Source of the DNA: Thermodesulfobacteriota bacterium
GTDB taxonomy: Bacteria; Desulfobacterota; Desulfobacteria; Desulfobacterales; C00003060
Direction: 5' to 3'
DNA: 28,916 nucleotides
Assembly: GCA_034189385.1 (NCBI GenBank)
Contig: JAXHVD010000033.1
Coordinates: forward strand, 1 to 28,916
In this document: positions 26,736 to 28,916 of the stretch, piece by piece
How positions within the stretch are numbered: the stretch's first letter is position 1
Layout: every line of letters starts with the position of its first letter
Program-made: the position numbers and the translations under genes
Notes under the pieces: generated by a model
Seen by the model: the letters and a program-made list of their open reading frames with translations, nothing else
What the model was told of the DNA's origin: nothing
Databases searched by the model: none

Positions 26736-27995
26736 ATGTCTCCTAGAAAAGCATCCAAGCCAGACAGCACAGAATGTCTGATTGAAATGCTGCATGCTAC
26801 GAGACGCAAGCGCTCCTTGGTGATGAATCCAGACTATCTTGATGATGAAAAGCTTCCTGAAGAGGAGCGAACAGCTGTACTGAAAGAGATATTTAATCGG
26901 AATATTCGGGAAAAGCAGCTGAGCCGCATCATCTCTCACCTTACACCAGTGCTCGATGGTATTCACCCACCCTCTGCCCTGATTTTCGGCCCGACTGGTT
27001 CTGGGAAGACAGTTACTTTGATGCACGTGCTCTCTACTTTCAAGCGCGTGGCAAACAGCCACGGAGTCAGCTTTCGCTACGCCTATATAGACCTCACCTC
27101 TCCTAAAAGCTACTTTGGTGCCTTAAATGAGGTCGCCATTGCGCTGGACAGTACAAACAAGAAATATCGCAAAGGCATTCCTGTAGAGTATATGCAGGAC
27201 AGGATTGTGGATGCCATAAAGCAGGATAGTGGCTACGTCTGTTTCTTAATAGATGAAGCAGACAACATAAGACCTAACCCCGATTCCTTTCTTACCTTTC
27301 TTGGAAAAACACTTCCTCGTAAGGTGTCCTGCAGGCTCACAATGATCCTTCTTACAAACAAGCTGTACTGGGAAAAGAATCTTGATCCCCGAATCCTGAG
27401 TTTCCTTAAAAAAACAGACATTATCTTCGAGCCATACAATGCCCTGGACCTTCTGGAGATTCTCAAGTTGCGTGTCAAAAAGGCCCTCAACAAGAAGAAA
27501 GTGAAACCTGCGGCACTCAGAAAGGTGGCAGCTTACGCGTCCCGAGAGACAGGGGATGCCAGAAAGGCAGTGGAACTTCTGGCTAAAGCCGTCCGGGTGG
27601 CTGAGGAGACTTCCGGACATTTGACAGAGAAGGAAGTGGATGTTGCGGAAGATAGACTGGAAATCGACAAGACAGAAGAGCTGATTCGAGCACTGGCAAC
27701 CCAACAGCGGGTCGCCCTTGTTGCGTGCTACGCCATTTTGGCAAAAAACGTTTCAAGGGTGTCCACGGGACAGGTCTATCAGACCTACAGGCAACTCTGC
27801 GTGGAGGAGAAGCTCCGGCCCCTGACTCAAAGGCGGTTTAGTGACATCATTAGCTTTCTCGACCTATATGGGCTGATTAGCACGAGGATGGTTTCCAGGG
27901 GACGCTACGGTACTACGAGGGAAATATTGGTGTCGTTGCCTGCAGAGGTAGTCGAGGGGCTCTTAAAGCCAGGAACGGCTTTCCAAAATGGGTGA
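26736..27995 (+). CDS. cdc6: Orc1/Cdc6-family AAA+ replication initiator with C-terminal winged helix
   Basis: GPTGSGKT, FLIDEAD, LDPRILS, FEPYNALDLLEIL, GDARKAVELL; wHTH TGQVY...LTQRRFSDIISFLDLYGLI...SRGRYGTTREI. Confidence 0.92.
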   Translation: MSPRKASKPDSTECLIEMLHATRRKRSLVMNPDYLDDEKLPEEERTAVLKEIFNRNIREKQLSRIISHLTPVLDGIHPPSALIFGPTGSGKTVTLMHVLSTFKRVANSHGVSFRYAYIDLTSPKSYFGALNEVAIALDSTNKKYRKGIPVEYMQDRIVDAIKQDSGYVCFLIDEADNIRPNPDSFLTFLGKTLPRKVSCRLTMILLTNKLYWEKNLDPRILSFLKKTDIIFEPYNALDLLEILKLRVKKALNKKKVKPAALRKVAAYASRETGDARKAVELLAKAVRVAEETSGHLTEKEVDVAEDRLEIDKTEELIRALATQQRVALVACYAILAKNVSRVSTGQVYQTYRQLCVEEKLRPLTQRRFSDIISFLDLYGLISTRMVSRGRYGTTREILVSLPAEVVEGLLKPGTAFQNG

Positions 27996-27996
27996 A

Positions 27997-28155
27997 GATT
28001 GCTCTTGAATACCCGAAAAATACATCAGTTTCAAAAGGTTGGATCTCATAGCATTACCTAACACCCAGCGAAACCGTACGCCGGGCATGATCTGCAGAGC
28101 AGAGTTAACATCTCACGAAGTCCTGGACTGGCGGGCGCCACCACAACATGTGGGG
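27997..28155 (+). repeat. Right copy of the ~160-bp block-conserved direct repeat
   Basis: Matches 668-826 without gaps at offset 27329; begins 1 nt after the cdc6 stop. Confidence 0.9.
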
Positions 28156-28169
28156 GCTTTTGCGTAGGA

Positions 28170-28193
28170 AGGCAGGGCCGAATGACCCTGCCT
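28170..28193. terminator. Hairpin between the right repeat and the convergent gene
   Basis: 8-bp stem AGGCAGGG / CCCTGCCT. Confidence 0.55.
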
Positions 28194-28219
28194 CTGATCA
28201 TGATCCACAACGAGGTGCA

Positions 28220-28915
28220 CTAAGGGACAATACAGATGGAGTCTGTGCCCTCTATGGGTGTACCGTCCACTAGTTCCCCCGTTAGTTCTGCCATGTCATT
28301 TTGTGGAACCCAGTTCTCGGGATCGTCCTCAAAGTGGCAAACTAAATCCAGAAATTCATCCTCATTTGAATACTCCGTTGAACACAGCGGTCCCTTATTC
28401 CCTCTGACGCGGACTTCAAGGCCAGCAAATGACAAAGTCTCGACGTCAATATCGCTGACGTCAAAGTCGGCGCTGCCAAGGATCGCCACCGGGATAACAC
28501 CGTGCCCGTTGAGATTAAAGCAATTCGGATCACTACCAGGCTTGATGTCTATTTCTACGGTGATGAACTCATTTTGGACAGCGACACACAGACTACCCCA
28601 TTCGTTTCCTCGGCAGTACGGTGTTTCATTTGCTCCCAGAAACAGATATCCTGATACATCAACCGTTGCCGTCAGAGATGATCCGACCAGAAAGACCTGA
28701 TCATCGATTTTCCCGATGAGGGCACCTATCCTTTCACCGGGCAGAGGGTAATAGTCATTAGCTATGTTGGTCTCACCATCGGGGCCTACTCCGCTCCCAC
28801 TTCCCTGCCCAACACCCCATAGGCCGGTAGCGGTAATGGTAAGCTTGTCACCTGAAGAAACAGGTATGAAGGTATTTGTCCATTCAACTTCAGCTGGGAC
28901 CTCTATTGTTCCTGC
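28220..28915 (-). CDS. C-terminal part of a probable extracellular protein with a LecA/PA-IL-like beta domain; start outside the window
   Basis: The frame is open to the edge: WTNTFIPVSSGDKLTITATGLW...GPDG...GALIGKI, then IDIKPGSDPNCFN...GVIPVAILGS. Confidence 0.75.
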   Translation of the reverse strand, partial: AGTIEVPAEVEWTNTFIPVSSGDKLTITATGLWGVGQGSGSGVGPDGETNIANDYYPLPGERIGALIGKIDDQVFLVGSSLTATVDVSGYLFLGANETPYCRGNEWGSLCVAVQNEFITVEIDIKPGSDPNCFNLNGHGVIPVAILGSADFDVSDIDVETLSFAGLEVRVRGNKGPLCSTEYSNEDEFLDLVCHFEDDPENWVPQNDMAELTGELVDGTPIEGTDSICIVP

Positions 28916-28916
28916 C

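Overview
Bacterial accessory DNA, probably from a Desulfobacterota-like host (inferred from the gene families, sigma70 promoters and Shine-Dalgarno sites). No rRNA, tRNA or CRISPR array was seen. Two copies of a ~160-bp non-coding direct repeat (668-826 and 27997-28155) bound a ~27.3-kb unit. The copies share a perfect 21-bp core and further conserved blocks at identical spacing. The left copy follows a tyrosine recombinase gene; the right copy follows an archaeal-type Orc1/Cdc6 gene. The left part of the unit is cargo: a transglutaminase-like gene, an intact IS3-family element, a Kef-type antiporter and NhaR, two transposase remnants, an NYN-domain gene in an integron cassette with a canonical attC, and a secreted nuclease. 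The middle has an XRE regulator divergent from a lipoprotein/membrane operon, and a TetR gene. The right part is a backbone with three modules. The first is a leading-region-like run (ArdC-like, RadC/JAB, DNA methyltransferase, SNF2-like helicase) with a hairpin ahead of most genes. The second is a coupled operon with a Cas4/AddB-like nuclease and a HerA/FtsK-like ATPase carrying a C-terminal nuclease-like domain. The third is Orc1/Cdc6 preceded by an AT-rich tract between inverted ORB-like repeats. The best candidate for a new system is a bacterial integrative element that replicates with an archaeal-style Orc1/Cdc6 origin; no relaxase or type IV secretion genes were recognised in the unit. 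All family calls come from motif reading, not database searches.
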